Below, one piece after another: positions 27,301-40,468 of a stretch of 64,000 nucleotides of DNA. The DNA is from Nemertoderma westbladi. Lineage: Eukaryota > Animalia > Xenacoelomorpha. The number at the start of each line of letters is the position of its first letter. The stretch's first letter is position 1. The position numbers and the translations under genes were made by a program. The stretch is from positions 1-64,000 of the forward strand of contig JAUCBJ010009051.1 in assembly GCA_032718475.1 (NCBI GenBank), read 5' to 3'. The notes beneath the pieces are model-generated. The model ran no database searches, was not told the origin of the DNA, and saw only the letters and a list, made by a program, of their open reading frames with translations.

Positions 27301-30300
27301 CACGGCAGACATGTTTAGTGAGTCAGTGTGAGAAACTATATTGCTGGAGGCATTCATACTGCACGACATACATGTTTAGTGAGTCAGTGTTAGAAACTAT
27401 ATTGCTGGAGGCATTCATACTGCACGACAGACATGTTTAGTGAGTCAGTGTTAGAGACTATATTGCTTGAGGCATTCATACTGCACGGCAGACATGTTTA
27501 GTGAGTCAGTGTTAGAGACTATATTGCTGGAGGCATTCATACTGCACGACAGTCATGTTTTATAAGTCAGTGTTAGAGACTATATTGCTTGAGGCATTCA
27601 TACTGCACGACATACATGTTTAGTGAGTCAGTGTGAGAAACTATATTGCTGGAGGCATTCATACTGCACGACAGACATGTTTAGTAAGTCTGTGTTAGAG
27701 ACTATATTGCGGGAGGCACACAGACATGTTTAGTAAGTCAGTGTTAGAGACTATATTGCTTGAGGCATTCATACTGCACGACATACATGTTTAGTGAGTC
27801 AGTGTGAGAAACTATATTGCTGGAGGCATTCATACTGCACGACATACATGTTTAGTGAGTCAGTGTTAGAAACTATATTGCTGGAGGCATTCATACTGCA
27901 CGGCAGACATGTTTAGTGAGTCAGTGTTAGAGACTATATTGCTGGAGACATTCATACTGCACGACAGACATGTTTAGTGAGTCAGTGTTAGAAACTATAT
28001 TGCTTGAGGCATTCATACTGCACGACAGACATGTTTAGTAAGTCTGTGTTAGAGACTATATTGCGGGAGGCACACAGACATGTTTAGCAAGTCTGTGTTA
28101 GAAACTATATTGCTTGAGGCATTCATACTGCACGACATACATGTTTAGTGAGTCAGTGTGAGAAACTATATTGCTGGAGGCATTCATACTGCACGACATA
28201 CATGTTTAGTGAGTCAGTGTTAGAAACTATATTGCTGGAGGCATTCATACTGCACGGCAGACATGTTTAGTGAGTCAGTGTTAGAGACTATATTGCTTGA
28301 GGCATTCATACTGCACGACAGACATGTTTAGTAAGTCAGTGTTAGAGACTATATTGCTGGAGACATTCATACTGCACGACAGACATGTTTAGTAAGTCAG
28401 TGTTAGAGACTATATTGCTGGAGGCATTCATACTGCACGGCAGACATGTTTAGTGAGTCAGTGTGAGAAACTATATTGCTGGAGGCATTCATACTGCACG
28501 ACATACATGTTTAGTAAGTCTGTGTTAGAAACTATATTGCGGGAGGCATTCATACTGCACGGCAGACATGTTTAGTGAGTCAGTGTGAGAAACTATATTG
28601 CTGGAGGCATTCATACTGCACGACATACATGTTTAGTGAGTCAGTGTTAGAGACTATATTGCTGGAGGCATTCATACTGCACGGCAGACATGTTTAGTGA
28701 GTCAGTGTGAGAAACTATATTGCTGGAGGCATTCATACTGCACGACATACATGTTTAGTGAGTCAGTGTTAGAAACTATATTGCTGGAGGCATTCATACT
28801 GCACGGCAGACATGTTTAGTGAGTCAGTGTTAGAGACTATATTGCTGGAGGCATTCATACTGCATGACATACATGTTTAGTGAGTCAGTGTTAGAGACTA
28901 TATTGCTGGAGACATTCATACTGCACGACATACATGTTTAGTGAGTCAGTGTTAGAGACTATATTGCTGGAGGCATTCATACTGCACGACAGACATGTTT
29001 AGTGAGTCAATGTGAGAAACTATATTGCTTGAGGCATTCATACTGCACGACATACATGTTTAGTGAGTCAATGTGAGAAACTATATTGCTGGAGGCATTC
29101 ATACTGCACGACATACATGTTTAGTGAGTCAGTGTTAGAAACTATATTGCTGGAGGCATTCATACTGCACGACATACATGTTTAGTGAGTCAGTGTTAGA
29201 AACTATATTGCTGGAGGCATTCATACTGCACGGCAGACATGTTTAGTGAGTCAGTGTTAGAGACTATATTGCTGGAGACATTCATACTGCACGACATACA
29301 TGTTTAGTGAGTCAGTGTTAGAGACTATATTGCGGGAGGCACACAGACATGTTTAGTAAGTCTGTGTTAGAAACTATATTGCTTGAGGCATTCATACTGC
29401 ACGACAGACATGTTTAGTAAGTCAGTGTTAGAGACTATATTGCTGGAGACATTCATACTGCACGACAGACATGTTTAGTAAGTCAGTGTTAGAGACTATA
29501 TTGCTGGAGGCATTCATACTGCACGGCAGACATGTTTAGTGAGTCAGTGTGAGAAACTATATTGCTGGAGGCATTCATACTGCACGACATACATGTTTAG
29601 TGAGTCAGTGTTAGAAACTATATTGCTGGAGGCATTCATACTGCACGGCAGACATGTTTAGTGAGTCAGTGTTAGAGACTATATTGCTGGAGGCATTCAT
29701 ACTGCACGACAGTCATGTTTTATAAGTCAGTGTTAGAGACTATATTGCTTGAGGCATTCATACTGCACGACATACATGTTTAGTGAGTCAATGTGAGAAA
29801 CTATATTGCTGGAGGCATTCATACTGCACGACAGACATGTTTAGTGAGTCAATGTGAGAAACTATATTGCTTGAGGCATTCATACTGCACGACATACATG
29901 TTTAGTGAGTCAGTGTTAGAAACTATATTGCTGGAGGCATTCATACTGCACGGCAGACATGTTTAGTGAGTCAGTGTTAGAGACTATATTGCTGGAGGCA
30001 TTCATACTGCACGACAGTCATGTTTTATAAGTCAGTGTTAGAGACTATATTGCTTGAGGCATTCATACTGCACGACATACATGTTTAGTGAGTCAATGTG
30101 AGAAACTATATTGCTGGAGGCATTCATACTGCACGACAGACATGTTTAGTGAGTCAATGTGAGAAACTATATTGCTTGAGGCATTCATACTGCACGACAT
30201 ACATGTTTAGTGAGTCAATGTGAGAAACTATATTGCTGGAGGCATTCATACTGCACGACAGACATGTTTAGTGAGTCAATGTGAGAAACTATATTGCTTG

Positions 30301-33300
30301 AGGCATTCATACTGCACGACATACATGTTTAGTGAGTCAATGTGAGAAACTATATTGCTGGAGGCATTCATACTGCACGACATACATGTTTAGTGAGTCA
30401 GTGTTAGAAACTATATTGCTGGAGGCATTCATACTGCACGACATACATGTTTAGTGAGTCAGTGTTAGAAACTATATTGCTTGAGGCATTCATACTGCAC
30501 GACAGACATGTTTAGTAAGTCAGTGTTAGAGACTATATTGCTGGAGACATTCATACTGCACGACAGACATGTTTAGTAAGTCAGTGTTAGAGACTATATT
30601 GCTGGAGGCATTCATACTGCACGGCAGACATGTTTAGTGAGTCAGTGTGAGAAACTATATTGCTGGAGGCATTCATACTGCACGACATACATGTTTAGTG
30701 AGTCAGTGTTAGAAACTATATTGCTGGAGGCATTCATACTGCACGACAGACATGTTTAGTGAGTCAGTGTTAGAGACTATATTGCTTGAGGCATTCATAC
30801 TGCACGGCAGACATGTTTAGTGAGTCAGTGTTAGAGACTATATTGCTGGAGGCATTCATACTGCACGACAGTCATGTTTTATAAGTCAGTGTTAGAGACT
30901 ATATTGCTTGAGGCATTCATACTGCACGACATACATGTTTAGTGAGTCAGTGTGAGAAACTATATTGCTGGAGGCATTCATACTGCACGACAGACATGTT
31001 TAGTAAGTCTGTGTTAGAGACTATATTGCGGGAGGCACACAGACATGTTTAGTAAGTCAGTGTTAGAGACTATATTGCTTGAGGCATTCATACTGCACGA
31101 CATACATGTTTAGTGAGTCAGTGTGAGAAACTATACTGCTGGAGGCATTCATACTGCACGACATACATGTTTAGTGAGTCAGTGTTAGAAACTATATTGC
31201 TGGAGGCATTCATACTGCACGGCAGACATGTTTAGTGAGTCAGTGTTAGAGACTATATTGCTGGAGACATTCATACTGCACGACAGACATGTTTAGTGAG
31301 TCAGTGTTAGAAACTATATTGCTTGAGGCATTCATACTGCACGACAGACATGTTTAGTAAGTCTGTGTTAGAGACTATATTGCGGGAGGCACACAGACAT
31401 GTTTAGTAAGTCTGTGTTAGAAACTATATTGCTTGAGGCATTCATACTGCACGACATACATGTTTAGTGAGTCAGTGTGAGAAACTATATTGCTGGAGGC
31501 ATTCATACTGCACGACATACATGTTTAGTGAGTCAGTGTTAGAAACTATATTGCTGGAGGCATTCATACTGCACGGCAGACATGTTTAGTGAGTCAGTGT
31601 TAGAGACTATATTGCTTGAGGCATTCATACTGCACGACAGACATGTTTAGTAAGTCAGTGTTAGAGACTATATTGCTGGAGACATTCATACTGCACGACA
31701 TACATGTTTAGTGAGTCAGTGTTAGAAACTATATTGCTGGAGGCATTCATACTGCACGACAGACATGTTTAGTAAGTCTGTGTTAGAGACTATATTGCGG
31801 GAGGCACACAGACATGTTTAGTAAGTCTGTGTTAGAAACTATATTGCTTGAGGCATTCATACTGCACGACATACATGTTTAGTGAGTCAGTGTGAGAAAC
31901 TATATTGCTTGAGGCATTCATACTGCACGACATACATGTTTAGTGAGTCAATGTGAGAAACTATATTGCTGGAGGCATTCATACTGCACGACATACATGT
32001 TTAGTGAGTCAGTGTTAGAAACTATATTGCTGGAGGCATTCATACTGCACGACATACATGTTTAGTGAGTCAGTGTTAGAAACTATATTGCTGGAGGCAT
32101 TCATACTGCACGGCAGACATGTTTAGTGAGTCAGTGTTAGAGACTATATTGCTGGAGACATTCATACTGCACGACATACATGTTTAGTGAGTCAGTGTTA
32201 GAGACTATATTGCGGGAGGCACACAGACATGTTTAGTAAGTCTGTGTTAGAAACTATATTGCTTGAGGCATTCATACTGCACGACAGACATGTTTAGTAA
32301 GTCAGTGTTAGAGACTATATTGCTGGAGACATTCATACTGCACGACAGACATGTTTAGTAAGTCAGTGTTAGAGACTATATTGCTGGAGGCATTCATACT
32401 GCACGGCAGACATGTTTAGTGAGTCAGTGTGAGAAACTATATTGCTGGAGGCATTCATACTGCACGACATACATGTTTAGTGAGTCAGTGTTAGAAACTA
32501 TATTGCTGGAGGCATTCATACTGCACGGCAGACATGTTTAGTGAGTCAGTGTTAGAGACTATATTGCTGGAGGCATTCATACTGCACGACAGTCATGTTT
32601 TATAAGTCAGTGTTAGAGACTATATTGCTTGAGGCATTCATACTGCACGACATACATGTTTAGTGAGTCAATGTGAGAAACTATATTGCTGGAGGCATTC
32701 ATACTGCACGACAGACATGTTTAGTGAGTCAATGTGAGAAACTATATTGCTTGAGGCATTCATACTGCACGACATACATGTTTAGTGAGTCAGTGTTAGA
32801 AACTATATTGCTGGAGGCATTCATACTGCACGGCAGACATGTTTAGTGAGTCAGTGTTAGAGACTATATTGCTGGAGGCATTCATACTGCACGACAGTCA
32901 TGTTTTATAAGTCAGTGTTAGAGACTATATTGCTTGAGGCATTCATACTGCACGACATACATGTTTAGTGAGTCAATGTGAGAAACTATATTGCTGGAGG
33001 CATTCATACTGCACGACAGACATGTTTAGTGAGTCAATGTGAGAAACTATATTGCTTGAGGCATTCATACTGCACGACATACATGTTTAGTGAGTCAATG
33101 TGAGAAACTATATTGCTGGAGGCATTCATACTGCACGACAGACATGTTTAGTGAGTCAATGTGAGAAACTATATTGCTTGAGGCATTCATACTGCACGAC
33201 ATACATGTTTAGTGAGTCAATGTGAGAAACTATATTGCTGGAGGCATTCATACTGCACGACATACATGTTTAGTGAGTCAGTGTTAGAAACTATATTGCT

Positions 33301-36300
33301 GGAGGCATTCATACTGCACGACATACATGTTTAGTGAGTCAGTGTTAGAAACTATATTGCTTGAGGCATTCATACTGCACGACAGACATGTTTAGTAAGT
33401 CAGTGTTAGAGACTATATTGCTGGAGACATTCATACTGCACGACAGACATGTTTAGTAAGTCAGTGTTAGAGACTATATTGCTGGAGGCATTCATACTGC
33501 ACGGCAGACATGTTTAGTGAGTCAGTGTGAGAAACTATATTGCTGGAGGCATTCATACTGCACGACATACATGTTTAGTGAGTCAGTGTTAGAAACTATA
33601 TTGCTGGAGGCATTCATACTGCACGACAGACATGTTTAGTGAGTCAGTGTTAGAGACTATATTGCTTGAGGCATTCATACTGCACGGCAGACATGTTTAG
33701 TGAGTCAGTGTTAGAGACTATATTGCTGGAGGCATTCATACTGCACGACAGTCATGTTTTATAAGTCAGTGTTAGAGACTATATTGCTTGAGGCATTCAT
33801 ACTGCACGACATACATGTTTAGTGAGTCAGTGTGAGAAACTATATTGCTGGAGGCATTCATACTGCACGACAGACATGTTTAGTAAGTCTGTGTTAGAGA
33901 CTATATTGCGGGAGGCACACAGACATGTTTAGTAAGTCAGTGTTAGAGACTATATTGCTTGAGGCATTCATACTGCACGACATACATGTTTAGTGAGTCA
34001 GTGTGAGAAACTATACTGCTGGAGGCATTCATACTGCACGACATACATGTTTAGTGAGTCAGTGTTAGAAACTATATTGCTGGAGGCATTCATACTGCAC
34101 GGCAGACATGTTTAGTGAGTCAGTGTTAGAGACTATATTGCTGGAGACATTCATACTGCACGACAGACATGTTTAGTGAGTCAGTGTTAGAAACTATATT
34201 GCTTGAGGCATTCATACTGCACGACAGACATGTTTAGTAAGTCTGTGTTAGAGACTATATTGCGGGAGGCACACAGACATGTTTAGTAAGTCTGTGTTAG
34301 AAACTATATTGCTTGAGGCATTCATACTGCACGACATACATGTTTAGTGAGTCAGTGTGAGAAACTATATTGCTGGAGGCATTCATACTGCACGACATAC
34401 ATGTTTAGTGAGTCAGTGTTAGAAACTATATTGCTGGAGGCATTCATACTGCACGGCAGACATGTTTAGTGAGTCAGTGTTAGAGACTATATTGCTTGAG
34501 GCATTCATACTGCACGACAGACATGTTTAGTAAGTCAGTGTTAGAGACTATATTGCTGGAGACATTCATACTGCACGACATACATGTTTAGTGAGTCAGT
34601 GTTAGAAACTATATTGCTGGAGGCATTCATACTGCACGACAGACATGTTTAGTAAGTCTGTGTTAGAGACTATATTGCGGGAGGCACACAGACATGTTTA
34701 GTAAGTCTGTGTTAGAAACTATATTGCTTGAGGCATTCATACTGCACGACATACATGTTTAGTGAGTCAGTGTGAGAAACTATATTGCTGGAGGCATTCA
34801 TACTGCACGACATACATGTTTAGTGAGTCAGTGTTAGAAACTATATTGCTGGAGGCATTCATACTGCACGGCAGACATGTTTAGTGAGTCAGTGTTAGAG
34901 ACTATATTGCTTGAGGCATTCATACTGCACGACAGACATGTTTAGTAAGTCAGTGTTAGAGACTATATTGCTGGAGACATTCATACTGCACGACATACAT
35001 GTTTAGTGAGTCAGTGTTAGAAACTATATTGCTGGAGGCATTCATACTGCACGGCAGACATGTTTAGTGAGTCAGTGTTAGAGACTATATTGCTTGAGGC
35101 ATTCATACTGCACGACAGACATGTTTAGTGAGTCAGTGTTAGAAACTATATTGCTGGAGGCATTCATACTGCACGGCAGACATGTTTAGTGAGTCAGTGT
35201 TAGAGACTATATTGCTTGAGGCATTCATACTGCACGGCAGACATGTTTAGTAAGTCAGTGTTAGAGACTATATTGCTGGAGACATTCATACTACACGGCA
35301 GACATGTTTAGTGAGTCAGTGTGAGAAACTATATTGCTGGAGGCATTCATACTGCACGACATACATGTTTAGTGAGTCAGTGTTAGAAACTATATTGCTG
35401 GAGGCATTCATACTGCACGGCAGACATGTTTAGTGAGTCAGTGTTAGAGACTATATTGCTTGAGGCATTCATACTGCACGACATACATGTTTAATGAGTC
35501 AGTGTGAGAAACTATATTGCTGGAGGCATTCATACTGCACGACATACATGTTTAGTGAGTCAGTGTTAGAAACTATATTGCTGGAGGCATTCATACTGCA
35601 CGGCAGACATGTTTAGTGAGTCAGTGTTAGAGACTATATTGCTTGAGGCATTCATACTGCACGACAGACATGTTTAGTAAGTCAGTGTTAGAGACTATAT
35701 TGCTGGAGACATTCATACTGCACGACAGACATGTTTAGTGAGTCAGTGTTAGAAACTATATTGCTGGAGGCATTCATACTGCACGGCAGACATGTTTAGT
35801 GAGTCAGTGTTAGAGACTATATTGCTTGAGGCATTCATACTGCACGACAGACATGTTTAGTAAGTCAGTGTTAGAGACTATATTGCTTGAGGCATTCATA
35901 CTGCACGACAGACATGTTTAGTAAGTCAGTGTTAGAGACTATATTGCTGGAGACATTCATACTGCACGACAGACATGTTTAGTGAGTCAGTGTTAGAAAC
36001 TATATTGCTGGAGGCATTCATACTGCACGGCAGACATGTTTAGTGAGTCAGTGTTAGAGACTATATTGCTTGAGGCATTCATACTGCACGACAGACATGT
36101 TTAGTGAGTCAGTGTTAGAAACTATATTGCTGGAGGCATTCATACTGCACGGCAGACATGTTTAGTGAGTCAGTGTTAGAGACTATATTGCTTGAGGCAT
36201 TCATACTGCACGACAGACATGTTTAGTAAGTCAGTGTTAGAGACTATATTGCTGGAGACATTCATACTACACGGCAGACATGTTTAGTGAGTCAGTGTGA

Positions 36301-38124
36301 GAAACTATATTGCTGGAGGCATTCATACTGCACGACATACATGTTTAGTGAGTCAGTGTTAGAAACTATATTGCTGGAGGCATTCATACTGCACGGCAGA
36401 CATGTTTAGTGAGTCAGTGTTAGAGACTATATTGCTTGAGGCATTCATACTGCACGACATACATGTTTAATGAGTCAGTGTGAGAAACTATATTGCTGGA
36501 GGCATTCATACTGCACGACATACATGTTTAGTGAGTCAGTGTTAGAAACTATATTGCTGGAGGCATTCATACTGCACGGCAGACATGTTTAGTGAGTCAG
36601 TGTTAGAGACTATATTGCTTGAGGCATTCATACTGCACGACAGACATGTTTAGTAAGTCAGTGTTAGAGACTATATTGCTGGAGACATTCATACTGCACG
36701 ACAGACATGTTTAGTAAGTCAGTGTTAGAGACTATATTGCTGGAGACATTCATACTGCACGACAGACATGTTTAGTAAGTCAGTGTTAGAGACTATATTG
36801 CTGGAGACATTCATACTGCACGACAGACATGTTTAGTAAGTCTGTGTTAGAGACTATATTGCTTGAGGCATTCATACTGCACGACAGACATGTTTAGTAA
36901 GTCAGTGTTAGAGACTATATTGCTTGAGGCATTCATACTGCACGACAGTCATGTTTTATAAGTCAGTGTTAGAGACTATATTGCTGGAGGCATTCATACT
37001 GCATGACAGACATGTTTAGTAAGTCAGTGTGAGAAACTATATTGCTGGAGGCATTCATACTGCACGGCAGACATGTTTAGTGAGTCAGTGTTAGAGACTA
37101 TATTGCTTGAGGCATTCATACTGCACGACAGACATGTTTAGTAAGTCAGTGTTAGAGACTATATTGCTTGAGGCATTCATACTGCACGACAGTCATGTTT
37201 TATAAGTCAGTGTTAGATACTATATTGCGGGAGGCAACAGACATGTTTTATAAGTCAGTGTTAGAGACTATATTGCTTGAGGCATTCATACTGCACGGCA
37301 GACATGTTTAGTAAGTCAGTGTTAGATACTATATTGCGGGAGGCACACAGACATGTTTTATAAGTCAGTGTTAGAGACTATATTGCTTGAGGCATTCATA
37401 CTGCACGACAGACATGTTTAGTAAGTCTGTGTTAGAGACTATATTGCTTGAGGCATTCATACTGCACGACATACATTTTTAGTGAGTCAGCGTTAGAGAC
37501 TATATTGCGGGAGGCATTCATACTGCACGACATACATGTTTAGTGAGTCAGTGTTAGAGACTATATTGTGGGAGGCATTCATACTGCACGACATACATTT
37601 TTAGTGAGTCAGCGTTAGAGACTATATTGCTTGAGGCATTCATACTGCACGGCAGACATGTTTAGTAAGTCAGTGTTAGATACTATATTGCGGGAGGCAC
37701 ACAGACATGTTTTATAAGTCAGTGTTAGAGACTATATTGCTTGAGGCATTCATACTGCACGGCAGACATGTTTAGTAAGTCAGTGTTAGATACTATATTG
37801 CGGGAGGCACACAGACATGTTTTATAAGTCAGTGTTAGAGACTATATTGCTTGAGGCATTCATACTGCACGACAGACATGTTTAGTAAGTCTGTGTTAGA
37901 GACTATATTGCTTGAGGCATTCATACTGCACGACATACATGTTTAGTAAGTCAGTGTTAGAGACTATATTGCTGGAGACATTCATACTGCACGACATACA
38001 TGTTTAGTGAGTCAGTGTTAGAGACTATATTGTGGGAGGCATTCATACTGCACGACATACATTTTTAGTGAGTCAGCGTTAGAGACTATATTGCGGGAGG
38101 CATTCATACTGCACGACAGACATG
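24302..38124. repeat. 61-bp satellite array, right arm
   Basis: Same monomer resumes in phase after the TSD and ends at ...gacagacatg (38124). Both arms total ~33.9 kb, roughly 560 monomers by length. Confidence 0.99.
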
Positions 38125-38518
38125 CGACATCGGCAAATTGACTCACTAGTTGTAATTTGGGAAGAAACTTCATTAGAACAGTCGACTTTCAAATAAAATC
38201 GATGTTTCAAACGTCCATATGGCGCAACATAAAACGATTACACTGTTAATAAGAAAGTCCGAGGAAGACACTACTGTGACCGAGACATCCTATATATATC
38301 TACTGAAATGTATCGATTGCTAAGGGAACCAGTATAAAGTAATAATCACAGTGTAGTTAGTATATTATTATATATAAACGGTATTAAAAAATCATTTTAT
38401 TATAATTCAAATAATACTTAAAAGAAGTAGTTTGGTAATATTTCTATGTTAGCAAACACTGTAATTGCTAATTAATATGATTGAATGAATTTGTTAATAC
38501 ATTATATCACTTGTAGAA

Positions 38519-40078
38519 ATGAAGAAATATATTCAATTACTGGATTTACCAAACGAACTTTTAGTTAAAATTATTTCATATTTCCCGCCTCATGTTATAG
38601 CACTGTGCATACTGAAAGTAAACCGAAAACTCAGGGCTATCAGCCTCACCCCGTCGGTATGGAAACACGTTGACCTATCCCCCTATCCCTGGTTAACAGA
38701 TAAAATCGCATTAAGCGTTCTAGAATTAGCCAAAAAGATGGTTGTTTCGCTAAACCTATCTGGACTCCAACTACTCACTGATGTCACGCTTGCCCATACA
38801 GGTATACATTGCTGTAGGTTGGAGAGGCTGTCTATAGGCGACACCAGAGTGACCTACCCAGACCTAGACCACCTACTCACCAAGTACAGAGACACCTTGA
38901 AGGAGGTCAACTTCAGCGGGAATGTAGGAGACGGCCGATTGCTCACTAGCGATTGGCGCGGTTTACCGTGGTCCGATGTGGTTGCTTTAACTAAGATATG
39001 GCCGCCGTCGCACTCGGTATGTTGTTACCTACCCGGAGTCTGTGAGGACGGTTGCCTAGCAACCGACGGCCTCGTCCAATCAGTGACGACTACCGACAAC
39101 GGCGGAGTGGATTGGCGATTTAACAGAGCGACGTCAATAACTGTAAACGGCGCAAATACAACAGAAACCAGTAAAAACGGAAACCAAATAAATAGTTATC
39201 ACTTGGTCAACATTAAATTAATAAATGTCGCGTTTAATTACTGCGACCAAATGTTAGATGCGATCATTATATCATCAACTAACTTGCAGCGAATCAGCAT
39301 CCATATAACAGAAGAAGAACCCATTACTAATAACAAAGTTAACCGCCTTCTCAATCGGATAACTTATTTGAAACATCAACTAAAAAGTCTCACAATTAAT
39401 ATAGAACAACACAAAGTGTATACTATATATTACTATCTTTCACAAAAACAGGTTGAATTTATTGCCGATAATTTTTTGCATTTAAGATTCTTGGATATCG
39501 GAATCCAAAATATTACTGGAGTGGAAACATTAGCTAAGAAACTCCCAACACTAGAAACTCTATATGTTCGGGTATCAAGTCTATCCATTACCCGTATCAA
39601 CAAGCCAGACGATTGGTTAAACATCGAGGTTCTATTAACAGTTGATGATCCACACCAAACAGTCATGTACGAGTTACCTCCAATGAGAATCACGACCTTA
39701 AAACTAGGTCGACCAATAGGAGGGGGCCAATTAGTGCTAAGACAACCTATAATGAACGGGGACCAATCACCGATCGGATATCTACGGTACTTGGAGCTTG
39801 ATCATATTGATTCGGACCATGAACTGAAAGTAATTAGCACGGCCTACCGGTTGCAACGACTTTATATTTGTAGTTACGGCGAAGCAGTAACCGGGGCGGG
39901 ATTCTGCCCCTTGCTATCAGGATGTATCGAGCTGTATACAATGACCGCGCCTGACAGTCTGACAGACTGTCTTATACCACAAGTAACTCAACACAGAGGA
40001 ATGTGCACAATTATAGAGCGAACAATTCCCACTATACTGTTATTCTATCCTCTTACAACCACGCAATTATTGATTTGA
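38519..40078 (+). CDS. F-box protein with degenerate leucine-rich repeats (FBXL-like), uninterrupted 519-aa ORF
   Basis: N-terminal F-box LLDLPNELLVKIISYF...KVNRKLRAISLTPSVWKHVDLS, then LRR-like segments (VSLNLSG, LERLSIG, LKEVNFSG, LRFLDIG, LETLYV, LRYLEL, LQRLYI). Acceptor-like ttgtAG 2 nt before the ATG; AATAAA at 40177-40182. Confidence 0.85.
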   Translation: MKKYIQLLDLPNELLVKIISYFPPHVIALCILKVNRKLRAISLTPSVWKHVDLSPYPWLTDKIALSVLELAKKMVVSLNLSGLQLLTDVTLAHTGIHCCRLERLSIGDTRVTYPDLDHLLTKYRDTLKEVNFSGNVGDGRLLTSDWRGLPWSDVVALTKIWPPSHSVCCYLPGVCEDGCLATDGLVQSVTTTDNGGVDWRFNRATSITVNGANTTETSKNGNQINSYHLVNIKLINVAFNYCDQMLDAIIISSTNLQRISIHITEEEPITNNKVNRLLNRITYLKHQLKSLTINIEQHKVYTIYYYLSQKQVEFIADNFLHLRFLDIGIQNITGVETLAKKLPTLETLYVRVSSLSITRINKPDDWLNIEVLLTVDDPHQTVMYELPPMRITTLKLGRPIGGGQLVLRQPIMNGDQSPIGYLRYLELDHIDSDHELKVISTAYRLQRLYICSYGEAVTGAGFCPLLSGCIELYTMTAPDSLTDCLIPQVTQHRGMCTIIERTIPTILLFYPLTTTQLLI

Positions 40079-40160
40079 GTGATATTCTCGTGTAAACGAA
40101 TTAACATACCGGTATTTAATAATAACAGTTTTACATATTGCCAATGATGATGTAATTTTT

Positions 40161-40313
40161 TAAAGATGATAGAAAAAATAAAGTATTGAGGGTCTTTAGC
40201 TGGTTATATTATATTAAATATATAATATTTTATAATATTATATTATATTATTTTATTTAATATAATATAACCAGCTAAAGACCCTCAATACTTTATTTTT
40301 TCTATCATCTTTA
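40161..40313. repeat. Perfect 60-bp inverted repeat with a 33-nt A/T-only spacer
   Basis: 40161-40220 is the exact reverse complement of 40254-40313. Confidence 0.95.
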
Positions 40314-40468
40314 CACTATGCTGCCGCTGGTGAATGCCTACCACTTCATCCGTTCATGTAATTTTTTGACTTTTTAATACACGTAAAATAATGTAACTTA
40401 AATCGACTAACCAGAGATTGTGAGAATTAAGTTCTTCTTACGCAGAAATTTATGGAAAATATACCTAT

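Noticed and set aside
2431-38124. CRISPR-like array next to an RT
   Set aside because: Monomers are contiguous with no unique spacers, there are no cas genes, and the context is eukaryotic (spliceosomal introns, LINEs, SINE).
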